Source: Octopus vulgaris
Taxonomy: Eukaryota
DNA: 64,000 bases
Assembly (NCBI GenBank): GCA_951406725.2
Contig: OX597817.1
Location: forward strand, 38,192,001-38,256,000
Direction: 5' to 3'
The notes beneath the pieces were generated by a model. It was not told where the DNA came from. It saw nothing but the letters and a program-made list of their open reading frames with translations, and did not search any database. A program made the translations under genes and the position numbers. Shown one piece after another: positions 1 to 14,146 of the stretch. Numbering within the stretch: the stretch's first letter is position 1; each line of letters starts with the position of its first letter.

Positions 1-59
1 TATACGCATGTTGAATTTAGCTAATTTCTGTCTTCCCAAGATTTTCTTCAAATGTTGTA

Positions 60-623
60 GCATTGCAGAAGACATCTGGTGGTGATAAGTCGTACGACTG
101 TACATGAGATAACACTGAGGTTTAAGGACGGCATAAGGACTACCATAAAGTCACTTGGAATGGATCCAGAGGACATAGAAACCCTTGCTGGATGGCGAAC
201 AAAAGTGTGGAGTGGAGCAAAAGCGTTTGAAGAGGCCAGGATAACGCATGCAAGACTCAAGAGAGATTTAAGGAAGAATGTTACGATCGAGAAGGTGAAT
301 CACAACGACATTTTTGTGTGCAAAGTTTGTGACAGATTATTCTTTCTTTTGCTGGGCTCAAATCTCATTTGCTAACCAATGGAAAACGAACCTCCACCAG
401 CTATTCTGCCTATATGCTTATACACACCTTTCAATGCAATGTATGCCAGAAGGTCTGCAAATCTAACAGAGGCCTCAAAAGATATTTTAAGATCCACAAA
501 GATCAGAACTTATTTGCAGCTCTTAGTGGACCAAATCGAATATGCAATCTATGTGGATGTCTTTTCAAAACATTGTCTGGTTTGAAAAGCCACATCAAGT
601 TCCATGACAATTCTAAGATGTAG
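60..623 (+). mobile_element. RTE/BovB-like LINE 3' fragment (frameshifted) ending in three tandem C2H2 zinc fingers
   Basis: LRFKDGIRTTIKSLGMDPEDIETLA..WRTKVWSGAKAFEEAR matches the RTE C-terminal pattern. It is followed by CKVCDR..GLKSHL (across a frameshift), CNVCQKVCKSNRGLKRYFKIH and CNLCGCLFKTLSGLKSHIKFH. Confidence 0.75.
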
Positions 624-696
624 GTACAGCAGACGGTCAAACTCTACATAATGAGTAGACAACCATCACCATATACTTATATATATATATATATAC

Positions 697-728
<32 letters not shown>

Positions 729-731
729 AAA

Positions 732-805
<74 letters not shown>

Positions 806-1359
806 TACATACGTGCATACCTGTATAGAAACATTTATGTGTGTGCGTACGTGTGTCGAGCACGTACGTCTGCTCATGGTGCATAAGTGATATCAGATGC
901 AGCTTTTTGTTTTTCGTGTAAAATACCAATGTACTCAATACGTAATTCTCGGAGAAATTTGTAGGAGGCAGCATATAGACGTGTGGGGTGGGTAGGGGAG
1001 GTACGTGTGTGTGCGTGTGAGAGAGAGGAAGAGGTCAGCGAGTCTGTGAGCGCGCGCACCCGTGTATACATTTCGATATGTTAGGTTTCATAATTAGACA
1101 CCTGATGTCGATTGGAATCGAAAACAGCGGATGGTGTTTGGAGATTTTGGAAGTGAAGTTAATAGTAACATTCTAACTTTAATAGCAGCAACAACTAATC
1201 TTAGGTCTTTAGATAGTTGAATACAAATGAAATACATATGTTAAACCTCATTGAATTTATCATCTTCCTTGGTACGTTCCACAAAATCCAGCTACAAAAG
1301 CAACATTCCCGCTGCTACAGATATAAAGATATAAAAAGAAGCACACTATATCACTCTCT

Positions 1360-1458
<99 letters not shown>

Positions 1459-1596
1459 GACAAAAATATGTGGATGAAGTGCAATAGTGGTTCTTGCAGT
1501 AGGATGAGTATAAATTGTACAAAAAATAGAGCATCCAATGTTAGGATAATGGTGCACACACATATATATATAACTATATGTGTGCGGACGTGTGTG

Positions 1597-1640
<44 letters not shown>

Positions 1641-2231
1641 AAATAAATATATATATATTTCGAGTGATGCGAAATTCAGCGTCAAGGTACTTACTGCTCC
1701 TGGTTTCTTATTTGTTGGAGATGATCTTCAGGTAATCTTTCTGGCCGGAATCACTCCATTCCGAAAATCTGAAGACTAATGACTGAACTGCCTATAAATA
1801 TACATATTAATACGCTTTTTGTGAATAAGGCAGTCTGATAGATAGACTGGCAGATAAGAGAAATAATAAATATAAAACCAGAAAGAGGAATGAATATACA
1901 GAGGGAGGGGGGAAGAGAGAGTGAGAGAAAGACAGAGTGAGAGAGAAAGAAAGATAATCAGAAAGGTGTAAAAGAATATGAGAGAAGTGTGAAGAAGATA
2001 AGGAAAAGTATTGCTAAGACTGATAAAAAAAAAAGTCTAAACGATGGAAGATACACCAGTCTCACCTTACGATAAATTATTTCACCGTGGGGAATTAAGA
2101 ACTTCCATAAACTAATTTGATACCTGGAACAGATAAAATTCACTGTTGGAATTCAGCAAATGTCTGTCAATGAAAGAGAAGAGAGAAAAAAAGGGTTAAA
2201 AATCTTTTAAGATAGCCTGTGTATGTGTCTG

Positions 2232-2306
<75 letters not shown>

Positions 2307-2470
2307 CTGTCTGTCCGTGTGTGTGTGTGATTGTGTGTATTAGTCCTTTAATTCTCTTTCGGCTGTTCACTGGTTGAAATTTTAGAGGTAAAAACTTTGT
2401 ATCAAAGTGCAACTTGACACCAGACATTATAAACTACTCAAAATATTTTACATAATCCATTATTACTATC

Positions 2471-2680
2471 ACGGAGAGCTGGCGAAATCGTTAGCATGCA
2501 GGGTTTAGCGGCATTTTGTCAGTCTTTGCGTTTTGAGTTCAAATTCCGCCGAGGTTACTTTACTGTTCATTCCTTTCGGGGTCGATAAAATAAGTACCAG
2601 GCAAGCACTAGGATCAATGTAATCAACAAGTCCCCTTCCCTATGATTTTGGGTATGTGCCAAGAGTAGAAAGAATTACTA
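2471..2680 (+). mobile_element. tRNA-derived SINE, family A (degenerate)
   Basis: A-box-like gagctggcgaaatcgttagc, B-box gagttcaaattcc and core cctttcggggtcgataaaataagtaccag; aligns by eye with 15123-15355. Confidence 0.8.
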
Positions 2681-2888
2681 ACTGGGCAATGGATTTGCAG
2701 GATTGCTAAAGTGTCAGAAATGTGTCATGTGGTATTTGTTCTTGTTCTTTACGCTAAGAGTTCAAATCCCATTGAATTCGGCTGGGAAAAATTTTTGAAT
2801 GTTATTTGATATCAATTTTTTTTTATTGGAAACATCAAACTGAGCAGCTAAATAATTTGCCTATGGTTTTTATACTTTAAATTTCTTC

Positions 2889-2962
<74 letters not shown>

Positions 2963-3009
2963 ATACATACATACATGTGACTGTATGTTAATATATCATG
3001 TATCAATTT

Positions 3010-3309
3010 TCCTACTCCACACGTGAAGCCAGGTTTTGATAACGTTTTATTTGATTATTTTTAATACTGATATCGTTTTACTTTTATATACTTTCATTTT
3101 TTTCACATATTATTTCCTCTAATTAAAACATTTCCAAAATTAGTGTGATGTGTAAATTTATTTTGTTCTTTTAACTTTTTGTTTTCTTCAATATACTATG
3201 TTTCAACGCGTAGTTGGTGGGAAAAACGATCACGTGTTTTTTGAAAATATCTTTGCTAGCAATTTGTTTCAGTTACTTATGAACCCTGGCAAAACCGGAT
3301 ACTACTAGT
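3010..3309 (+). mobile_element. Probable non-autonomous Helitron 3' end
   Basis: Imperfect hairpin ccctggcaaaaccgg followed about 6 nt later by CTAG|T. The 5' limit is uncertain. Confidence 0.45.
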
Positions 3310-3859
3310 TAAATATAATATAAGCAAATAGGAACGGCGTGTCAAATGAAAGTTTACAGGAAACGAAAAGTATGGTGGACACTGAAATATATAGAATTTG
3401 ATGGGTATAGATTTAGCTCACTGGCACAAGGTCACATAGATATACGAGATGGGATGGGCGCAATCATTTGAATCGGCTCTAAGTATGCGACAATGATACG
3501 GTCTCACGTCAGAAGCGTATTAAAACAGTAGCAGGTGTGAAGGACCGCAAATATTCCTCTGAAAGGCAGGATTTGTGGGAAGATATGACTGCTATTTGCA
3601 GCTAGCAGAACGACCTTGTTGAAACTTCTTTGGGTGTGGAGGCACGGCTCACAATTGTAATTAGCAGTTACATTGTATATTTAACGAGTGCTTCCTAAAT
3701 TTTCTATTTTGACTTCAAATTTTACTTTGTAGTCGAGAACAGATGCTACTTTAATTTTCACATTCTCAAGAGTTGAGATCCACCTTGTCATTGGATACGC
3801 GTCCTGGTCATTCTATCTCATGCTATTTGATGGCTGCTGTCAAACAGACATCATGTATT

Positions 3860-3939
<80 letters not shown>

Positions 3940-4399
3940 GCGTGTATACACATGTCAGGATATTTTACACTGCTACCAGGATATCTTATCTTTGCTAATT
4001 TCAAATCGTACTATGGATAGAAAATGGGTTATTGTTACTGTCATCGTCTCGCTGTCTTTGTTGTTTAGCTCCGGGTCAAATCTGATTAAGCCCATAATCA
4101 AAGACAGCGACTGCATAGAGGCTCCTTCACTGTCTCATTCTTGAATGTGTGTAGTAGCTTGGTGAAGGATTAGTCCACCATGATCCCTTGCCTTATTTAC
4201 AATAGATAGAGACGAATAAACGAGAGAGCGTCTATGTGATCATTTGAACTGCTTTCTAGAAATACCAGCCAGATATTCCCCAGCCGACATCTTACTGTCT
4301 TGAAAAAGGACTCACAGGAAAATGCAACCAGGGGTATGCTTTTTCTGTAATGAAAGAAAATAGATGGGATATTTTCTCTCATCAAAACCAACCATTTTT

Positions 4400-4635
4400 T
4401 TCGGTATCTGTATCCTTTTGTCTTTTGTTTGTTTCAGTCATTCGACATCGTCAATGCTCGGACACCGCCTTGAAATGTTTAAATCGTACAAGTCAACCAC
4501 AGTACTTGCTTTTTAAAGCTTGGTATTTATTCTATCGGTCTTTTTTTTTTTTTTTGCTGAACCTCGCAGTTACGGTAATGTAAACAAACCAATACCGATG
4601 TCAGGCGGTGGGGGGAACAAGCATAATGCAAACAC
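4400..4635 (-). mobile_element. SINE family B, 3' half
   Basis: Similar to 38005-38215 (ttgtttcagtcatt..., tattctatcggtct..., gtaaac..accaataccg..tgtcaggc). Confidence 0.7.
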
Positions 4636-4676
4636 ATACATACATACATACATACATACATACATACATACATACA

Positions 4677-4707
<31 letters not shown>

Positions 4708-4769
4708 GTTGGTGAACGAGCTTATCAAAAGGGCTCCACCCATGCCAGGATCTTTACCCACCCTCTCTA

Positions 4770-7640
4770 TGATTTAATGCGCGAAGTGGAGGTTGTCGCG
4801 GATACATCTATTTGGAATAGCGCACGTCTGCGCATCACCGACCAGCGACAAGCACCAACCTCTAGGCTAACACGTTGGCAAAAATCTTGTAATCTGTGTT
4901 TAGTTACAGGCCAAAAATTATTATGCATTTGGTCCTCCTTGATCGGGTCGTTTCTCAGCAGCAGCAGCACCGCGCCACGGCTCACAGCACTGGATTTTCT
5001 CCTATTCTGTTGCCAAGAGATCATCGAACAAATCTGATATATGAAGATAAAGCTAAAAGAGCTGATTATCCAACCCCAGAGGCTTCTCCCTTGTGAAGCT
5101 AATCATCGCGTATGCCTTCAGCTGTTATTGGTATTTCACAGAGCTCTGCATCCCTGGACGAAAGGCACAGCATACTGCCGAGGTAGAAGGTGAAATCCTC
5201 CTCCGACCCCGACCCACCGCCTACTGCGTACAGTTCGGCGAAGTGCTACTGAAATTCCGTTCACATGGGCTCGTGTAACATACGCCCGTCCTGGCTGATC
5301 AATGACCGAATTGGGGCTTTCTTGTCACTTTGCACCTCTTCCACTCGGGCCCATCGAACGGCTTTCGCTCCCTCATGTCTTAGCGTATGAGCCCTAGCCC
5401 TAACGACACCACCTTCGTGCTTAACATTGAAAAGTTGATCAAGAGCCAATCTTGCTGCGAACACGTCTGTTGCTATGCCTCTCCTAAGCTTCTAGATTCC
5501 TAACTAGGTCTCCTTAGATTCCTTTAAAGCTATTTCCTTACTAAACCCTACCGCCTCTACTCTAAAAGTCCTTTTCAGGGCTATCCACCATCGGTTGTTG
5601 ATGATTGAACCCGACAACTTCCAATGGACTTACTTGCTAATCGGGTCTCTGAAAGCTTGACGCACCGGGAAGGATGTGTTCAGCTTCCAGTGTCCGGGGT
5701 CCTGCCTATAGAACCTTTCTATGTCGTCTATACAGATCACAAATTTGTTGTTTGGTAAGCTGACTTTGAACTGTAGGGAACTTATGCTACTTCTGTCTAT
5801 AGGCCTACAAATTACTCAAGATGCGATCTGGATGATCCGTTACTGTTTGCCTATATCTCTATTTGGCGCATTCGGGAAATCCAGTCGGTATCTGTCTGAG
5901 AGTTAGCAGCGACTGATCAGGATTATGAGGCTTTTATAGCTATCGGCTAGCCGTTCACAGTTCAGGCGTGCAGCTCAAATCGACCACTAACAATAAAGTG
6001 CGAGACTTTACAAGGAAAGCCTCCTAGGGGCATTTACAATGACTAGTCTGAAAACACTATCTGCACTAGCGTTTATGTCCAGGATCACTAACTTACCTTA
6101 CGGTTCCAGGAAGATCGTCCGTACCTTGAGATCCAGGCCTTTACTAAACAACACTGCCACCCACGCCTCCCATTTCAGGCCAACTAAGAGATATGTAGGT
6201 TTCGAAGTCGTCGAAAATAGGGGCTAGTGCGTGTGTGTCAAAAATCTCAGTCTCATTTATAGTCATCACATCTATAGCTAGTGACTTGAGGTCGGTGAGC
6301 AGGTGACCTTGCTTCTAGGGCAATCCCAGGCCATGAACATTTATGCCACCCACTCTTAAACCCGCCGTAATGGCCGGAGAGATTTCGGAGAAGAAAAATG
6401 GGAGCTACTTACCCGCTGAGTGCCGTTGAAGGTCAAGTGGTTCGACCTACAAATCTGGTTGGAGTTCTTTTGGGAGCACCCTTAAAAGTCTACTCGCGAA
6501 GGAAAATCCCTAATCTTTTTATAAGTTTCCAGTAGCATACGCACCATCATCAGTGTTTCTGGCACTTGAAAGATGCTCGTGCCGATGATCACATTCTATC
6601 TCACAATGTCCTTGCTTCGTGCTATGAGGGCCGTCAATTCTATGTTGGCTCTCCTCATTAGCACGATGTTTTGTGTCTGTGTGGCTGGTTATTGCGGTTG
6701 AGCGTTTTTTTTTTGTAGTTGCGGTAGCGTTGTAGTTTGTTGCGGTTGCGGAGCTAGTTGTGGTAGCGACGAATGTGTTGACGACTGAGCTGCTGGAGAG
6801 GTTCGTGTTCTGCAGACGTATCTGTGATTGTTGTGGGTGCGTTTTATATGTTCTTTTAGTGTGTGTTGGTGTGAGGCATGATGTTTTTGCTTTATTTTGG
6901 CTTTTATCATTTTAATGAGGCATCAATATCTGTGAAAACAGTTTCGGATATGGGTAAGAGTGCATTAGTATTTGTATGAAAGTCTATGTGTGTGTTTGTG
7001 TTTATACGAGACAGAGAGTGAGAAGAAGAGTTCGTTGGGAGAGCCCCTGAGTGTTTCTTATCCGTTATTTTCTTTCTACTGTTGAAGGTGGTGGTGGTGC
7101 ATCTGCTGCAAGTGTTGCTGGTACTGCTGTTGATGGTGTTGTTCCAGCAGTTGCTAATTTAACTATTTCTGTTGTTCATGCTGCCATTTTATGCTGGGGT
7201 TGGTGCCGCTTTTGTTGTTGTTCGCTGCAGAAAGCTTTCAAGTGGCCAGTCTCCCCTTCACAGGTGGCCTAAAATCCTTCTACCCTGAACCGGAACATAC
7301 AACTCATCCCATCCCGGAAGGCGAATAAGGTTTGGGATCATGTGGATAATGTCTGGTTTGATGTGGTGTAGCACTTCCACACTGATCCTAGACCAGTTAT
7401 CACGACGGGATCGCTTCACCTTTAAGAAGTTGGTGTTACTTCCTTCTAAGACGATGCATGCAGTGATCCGCCATATATTCACCATATATAACCCCCGAGA
7501 TCTTCATTCTTACCGTCCTCCTTTCTAAATATGATGGAAAGAGAACATATTTATCGCTCTGACAAAGAACCACGGAGTATCAGACGACCAGAGCTTCACT
7601 CTTGAAGAATACTAAAATGCCAGCAAATTACTTAGCCCTC
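4770..7640 (-). mobile_element. Degenerate L1/Tx1-clade LINE: ORF1 with zinc knuckle, presumed endonuclease region and RT N-terminus
   Basis: Minus-strand fragments include TCEGETGHLKAFC (gag knuckle, about 7225-7265), KKAPIRSLISQDGRML, ELCEIPITAEGI, KPLGLD (KSPGxDG-like) and GAVLLLLRNDPIKEDQMHNNFWPVT (RT domain start). Many stops and frameshifts. Confidence 0.75.
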
Positions 7641-7757
7641 GAGATAACTTTAAGTCGGTCTTTATTTCTTTCAGCGACATTTCATTCTACGACAGTCAGA
7701 TTCGTTGTCTCCAGTTGTTTTGTGTTCATGGAAATACATTTATGTATTTTGTGCGTG

Positions 7758-7836
<79 letters not shown>

Positions 7837-8299
7837 CAGTTGCGTAGAGGCGGGCGTGCCTAGGTCAGTCCATTATTTTTCAAGTCTATCAATTTGGCCT
7901 CTTGAGCCAGACATATCGTTTTAATATGCTCATACTAAACACTTCATTTCCTTTTGCATCCATTGCTGCAAATCTGCTACCGTTGATGCTGTTGTTGTTA
8001 TTCATGTAATATTGTTGTTACCATTTGTGTTGTCGCGGTTGTTCCCCACCACTTCTGTCATATTTTTGTTGTATTAATTGTGGTAGAGGTGATGGCGTTG
8101 TTGGTGGCCGTGTTCGTAGTAGTGCTGTCAAAGTTTTTTTTGTTTTGTTGGTTGATGACGGCATAGATATCGTTTTTATTGGTAGGGAGTCAATTTCCTA
8201 GTTGGAGTTAAATCCTCGCAATAATGATGATGATGATGATGATGATGAGGATAATAATAATAATACTAATAATAATAATTATAATAATAATAATAATAG

Positions 8300-8501
8300 T
8301 TTCAAATTTTGGCACAACACCAGCAAGTTCGGAGGAGAGGTAGGTCTATTACATCAACCCCAGCATTCAACTTATTTTGTCGATTCTGAAAGGATGAAAG
8401 GCAAAGTGAACCTTGGTGCAATTTGAAATCAGAGCTTAAAGACGGACGAAATGCCGCTAAGATTTTACTCGACGTGCTAATGATTCTGTCAGCTCACCGC
8501 C

Positions 8502-8503
<2 letters not shown>
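8300..8503 (-). mobile_element. SINE family A (degenerate)
   Basis: Reverse complement gives aaggcggtgagctgacagaatcattagcacg...ctttgcctttcatcctttc. Confidence 0.75.
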
Positions 8504-8587
<84 letters not shown>

Positions 8588-8998
8588 TTTCATTTAAAGG
8601 CTGACAGGACTGATGGATGGTATGAGAAGAAGAAGAAGAAGAAGAAGAAGAAGAAGAAGAAGAAGAAGAAGAAGAAGAAGAAGAAGAAGAAGAAGAAGAA
8701 GAAGAAGAAGAAGAAGAAGAAGAAGAAGAAGAAGAAGAAGAAGAAGAAGAAGAAGAAGAAGAATATGGTTGCCTAAAAGTAATTTTATGAATATACTTTG
8801 AATTCTGTGATTCTCTCATTTGCTTTTATCTCTCTTTATCTCATGTTATTTCTTCTGTCTTCTTTTTTTTCTTCTTCTTCTTCTTCTGCTTTTTTGTTTT
8901 GTTTTTTGTAGTTCTTCTTCTTCTTCTTCTTCTTCTTCTTCTTCTTCTTCTTCTTCTTCTTCTTCTTCTTCTTCTTCTTCTTCTTCTTCTTCTTCTTC
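8503..8998. repeat. Compound microsatellites (TAA)n, (GAA)n and inverted (TTC)n
   Basis: Seen directly: (TAA)n 8503-8587, (GAA)n 8624-8763, (TTC)n 8912-8998. Confidence 0.95.
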
Positions 8999-9926
8999 AA
9001 TTAACCGCTCTTTTTAAAGTTGTCTTTCATTTTCTTTCTTTCTTTCTGTCCGTATTTCTGTTGGCTCGTCGGTCTGTCTGCTTGCCTTTCTCTCAACCTG
9101 AAAGAAGATAAGGAGAAGAAGATAAGAAGGTGAAAGATGGAGAAAAAACCCCTATAAAGGCATATTAAAATGTTCTGACTCAGTAGTTTTGTCTCCACTC
9201 AATCTCTCGCTCACACTTTCTCATTTCCTTTCATTCCCTCACGCCAATTCTCTACATATTTCTCCCTCCCTCCCTCACGCTTTCTCTTTCTCTCTTTCTT
9301 TCTTTCTTTCTCTCTCTCTCTCTCTCTCTTTATGTAACACTCCCTCATTTTCCTCACCCGTTTCCCCATCTATCATCGCTTCAACCCCGCCAATCTTCTC
9401 ATGAGCTACACTGCAACGGGATTGCTTACGCCTCTCCTGTTCCAAGTCGGATGAATTCCCAACTAAAGGAAATAAAAACGAAAATGAAAATAAAAATGAT
9501 AAAACCTAAAAAATATAAAAAGTAAACCTTACAGAAAATGAAGTGGGGGAAAGGATTCAGTAAGGGATTCAAAAGTTCAACGTCAAGGGTTAAACCATTC
9601 TACAAAACAATGAATGGATGGTGACAACATTATTACTAACAAAAACAGCAACAGCCAGAGAAGCGGCAACAAAAGCAGCAGCACCAACAACACCAACAGC
9701 AACATCACCAGCAGCAGCAGTAGTAGCAGGGGCTGTAACACCGAAGTCATGAGGGGGAAGGAGGTTTTTGTGTAGTTGCCCCATCTAGCAGAAATAACAG
9801 CAAATATTTTCCCTCAAACTGCGCCCTATTGTCTTTTAAAACATTGCAGTCAGGGCTAACTAGGATTAAGCAACAAGAACAAGACTGATCCAATGAGAAT
9901 ACCACTATGTGGTCGCTCTTCTATGT

Positions 9927-10130
9927 TACGGAGATGTACTTGCGTAGCAAGTGATTTGATCTGAGATCGTGTGATGAAACGAAAACAATTGCAGCGTGGA
10001 AGGTGTTTGTAAGCCATTTAAGAAACACACAAAAGCCGTTCGATTCACTTCAACATTTAAGTTTAATTTGTCAAAATATTTTCGTCGCTTTAAGACCGCG
10101 ACCTGTTCACTGACAAAGATCCGTGCTGCA
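9927..10130 (-). mobile_element. Short non-coding Penelope-type element (about 200 bp) carrying a hammerhead motif, copy 1
   Basis: Highly similar to 13842-14045; contains the hammerhead fold at 10067-10117. Confidence 0.7.
10067..10117 (-). ncRNA. Minimal type-I hammerhead ribozyme motif, G3-C8 core variant
   Basis: Reverse complement: uuuguca GUGAACA g gucgc ggucuuaaa gcgac GAAA auau UU ugacaaa. Stem I is 7 bp, stem II 5 bp, stem III palindromic. Confidence 0.7.
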
Positions 10131-11799
10131 TCTCATATTCTAGCATCTTAAAAAACATGAAAATGTACATTGAATAATGTAGTTGTAGATAAAATATGTC
10201 TGACAGAAGCGACAAAGAAAAACGAAAAAAAAAAACGAGATTAAGATGACTGATCGCCATTGATCTACTCAATAGGGACCGACCTGGGACAAAACAACTA
10301 GCACAAAAACAACATCAACAATAATAACTACTACTGCTGCTGCTGCTAGCAGCGGCGGCATCGGCTGTAGAAAAGGGACCAAACAATTAACATGACCAAG
10401 AATGGCAATGTGGAAGCGAAAATAATTACGATAACAAAAGCGACAACATTAACAACATGAATGGCAATGTCGAAACGGCTCTAATGATAAGAATGACAGC
10501 ATTCGCAATATGATTAACAATGGGGGAAACAGTAATAACGATGATATCATTGACAACAACATCTACACCAACTACATTAGTAATAGCGATATGTGTAAAG
10601 AACATGATTCCCATATTCTTGTTGTCGCAGTTGTTGTTCCGGATGTTGCTGTCATCGTCTAAACAATGCGTTTGGCGCTCCATTGGGATGTAACTTTGAA
10701 GTCTACATCCAGCTGAATTTGAACTCGGAATAGAGAAATGATGGCGGAGACGGGAGCAAAGATTGCAAACACATTTAGCTAACGTCTGTTTGTTACTGTA
10801 CCAGTTCTTGCTAAACTCACTGCCTACCCTAACAACTTCAGAAAGAACAATAGACAAATAATACAGCAGCAAAAAACAAAAACAAAAAAAAATACAAGAC
10901 GACGAGACGATAGATACAACAAACACAACGACGACAACAACAATATAAATAAATAAATCAGTATAAACAACCAAGAAACAAACAACTGCAATTTCCGGTT
11001 GCATAAAAAAAAAATTAACGAAAATTTTAAAACATAAAAAGTGAGATCAAATAAAAATAACCATTTAAAAGTAAAATCAAAGAAAAAAAATGTAAACGAA
11101 CAAACAAGAAAACACTAAAATAAAAATAATACGCGAAAATGTAACTAATCGATAAAACAAACTCTTCTCTTCTTCCAGGAAAACAAAAAAGCGCGCTAAG
11201 TGAGCGATTAGTCTAGTCTTTGTTGTGTTCCATAACAGACGACTGAAATTTTGGCGATGCGGAGAAGGCAAATTTTATGAATGACTTCAAAAACATGTGA
11301 ACTGGTGCATGTCTCCCTCCCCTCCATATACTACTACTACTACTCTTCCTCCTACACCCCCTCCTACCCTACTTCTGCCATCGTCTCTCCTTTGTTGGAA
11401 ATTCACGAGACACGCTTGAATGATATAGATTTTTATGGACAAACATCTATGTGGTTGTGGGTAAGACAAAACAAGAGAAAATAAAGTGTTTTGATGAATA
11501 ATGTGAGATGATCTTCGCGTTTGCTCTGGCGCGCGAGCGTGTGCATGTATGTGCATGCATGCGTATGCATGCATGTATGTGTATGTATGTATATTTGGGA
11601 GACCATATGTTTGAGGCAGGGTGTTCGGGTGGCGCTTGTGCTTGTGGGTGTATGCGCACGTTTGTGCAAGTATGTATGTGTGTGCGTGTAAGTGAGTGGC
11701 CGTGTGTTTGTGGATGGGTGTTCAGATGTGTGTGTGTGTGTGTGTGTCTGTGATAGTGTGTAATGTAAGTGATAATGTATGTATTGGTGTATGTGTGTG

Positions 11800-11979
11800 T
11801 GTGTGAGTGTGCGCGGGGATGAGTGGGGGTGAATGGGTGGGGATGAGTGTGTGGGGGGATGTGTGTGTGTGTGTGTGTGTGTGCATGCACGTGTCCTATT
11901 CTGCTGTGTCTGCGTTAGAGTCTATGTATGTGCGACATGGGACAGTTCATTGAAAAATTCAAGTGTATGTGTAGTGTGC

Positions 11980-12016
<37 letters not shown>

Positions 12017-12170
12017 TGTGCGCGGGGATGAGTGGGGTGAATGGGTGGGGATGAGTGTGTGGGGGATGTGTGTGTGTGTGTGTGTGTGCATGCACGTGTC
12101 CTATTCTGCTGTGTCTGCGTTAGAGTCTATGTATGTGCGACATGGGACAGTTCATTGAAAAATTCAATAA
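11800..12170. repeat. Tandem duplication of an approximately 205-bp G/GT-rich unit
   Basis: gagtgtgcgcggggatgagtgggg...gggacagttcattgaaaaattcaa occurs at about 11805-11962 and 12014-12167. Confidence 0.9.
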
Positions 12171-12258
12171 ATTCAATTGCCATGAGAAGTAAAATATCTG
12201 TTTCCGGCTAATGCTTGTAGTCTGAGAATGAGTATGATAGCGCGCACGAGAGAGAGGA

Positions 12259-12326
<68 letters not shown>

Positions 12327-12576
12327 TGCAGATAGAGACAGAAACGGATAGACTGAGTTTTGTTATCCTAAAAGAGACAACGACTGGTTACCTTACACGT
12401 TTCTGTGAACAGATTAGATCATTGGTGGTGCACCCACCCCAGACACACGCACACACTTATAATTAGATAAAGGTAGCTATGGCCCGGTCTAAGTGGTTAC
12501 TCTATAGACAGGCCATAACTATATCGAATTATTACTCTAATGCTCTATAACTTAGTGTGCTTCTCTTTCGCATTTA

Positions 12577-12700
<124 letters not shown>

Positions 12701-12742
12701 TGTATGTATGTATGTATGTATATATACACACACATGCACACA

Positions 12743-12800
12743 CTAGCAGAGATACCCGGCCTTGCTCGGGATTAAAATGGCATAGTTTTGTTATTCCCAC
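12743..12800 (-). mobile_element. Helitron 3' terminus
   Basis: Reverse complement cccgagcaaggccgggtatctctgCTAG: hairpin plus CTAG, similar to the termini at 24364 and 58211. Confidence 0.65.
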
Positions 12801-13439
12801 ACAAGCCCACGCACACACACACACACATACCTTTATACACACACACACACACACACACATAAACGTACACACATACGCACGCACATACACACACGAATGC
12901 ACACATACCTAACACTCACAACCCCACGCATACAAGTATATACACCCACACACGCACACACGCACACATACAAGCACACACAACTACACGCACATACACA
13001 TGTACACGCACACACACACGCACATGTATACATGCGCAAAAAAACGCACCTATACCCCCTACACAACCCCTCGTTCACACACACACATGTACATGCACAC
13101 ACACAAAATACACACGCACATATTCACACATGTACATACGTACATACACTCACACGCACACACGTGTATATACACACGCACACACATACACACACACACA
13201 CACACACGCACACGCTAATGAACCCACACATACCTCCCATACACACACAGCACATAATTATACATACATGTACACACACATATGCACATACAAGCACACA
13301 CGCACACATACACAAAGTAAAGTACAGTTACTCCCCACACACACAACCCCTACGCATGCACACATATACACGCGAACACACATACATACATACTTACACA
13401 CACCTGCGTGCGCGCACATCCCCACACATACCTCCTCTT

Positions 13440-13700
13440 GCACTCTCCTGTCTTTGAAAGAACTTGTCCTTCACCCATTCCCTTCCGGTCATTTCAATAT
13501 GTGGTCGCGTGTGTATCGTTGGCGATTTTCTTTCTCCGTCTTCCCTTCTTTGGACCTTTTTCTATGTTTCTGACGAAGTGCTCCGCTCGAAACGTTAAAA
13601 CCTCCTTCTTTCTTTCCTTTCCTGAGCGTTCAATAATACTATACTTGTCCCACGTCCTCACGTTGTTGTGTTTTCTCTTTGTTCATATTTGGATTAACTA
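13440..13700 (+). mobile_element. Short Penelope-type terminal element with a hammerhead motif
   Basis: Hammerhead followed by cctgagcg..atacta; related to 52105-52335; embedded in (CA)n. Confidence 0.55.
13566..13601 (+). ncRNA. Minimal type-I hammerhead motif, canonical C3-G8 core
   Basis: guuu CUGACGA a gugc ucc gcuc GAAA cgu UA aaac. Stem III is palindromic (aacguu); stem II has one mismatch. Confidence 0.65.
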
Positions 13701-13718
13701 TACACACACACACACACA

Positions 13719-14045
<327 letters not shown>

Positions 14046-14090
14046 TATATATTTACTGTCAGGTGACTTTTGGCCAACCTTGTATATATA

Positions 14091-14146
<56 letters not shown>

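Noticed and set aside
1096-1139. Hammerhead-like agacac CUGAUGU c gauu gg aauc GAAA ... gugttt
   Set aside because: A9 is U, the cleavage position would be G and stem III does not pair. At best a dead relic.
1705-1738. Minus-strand CUGAAGA...GAAAccagg motif
   Set aside because: No stem II and no U at position 16.1.
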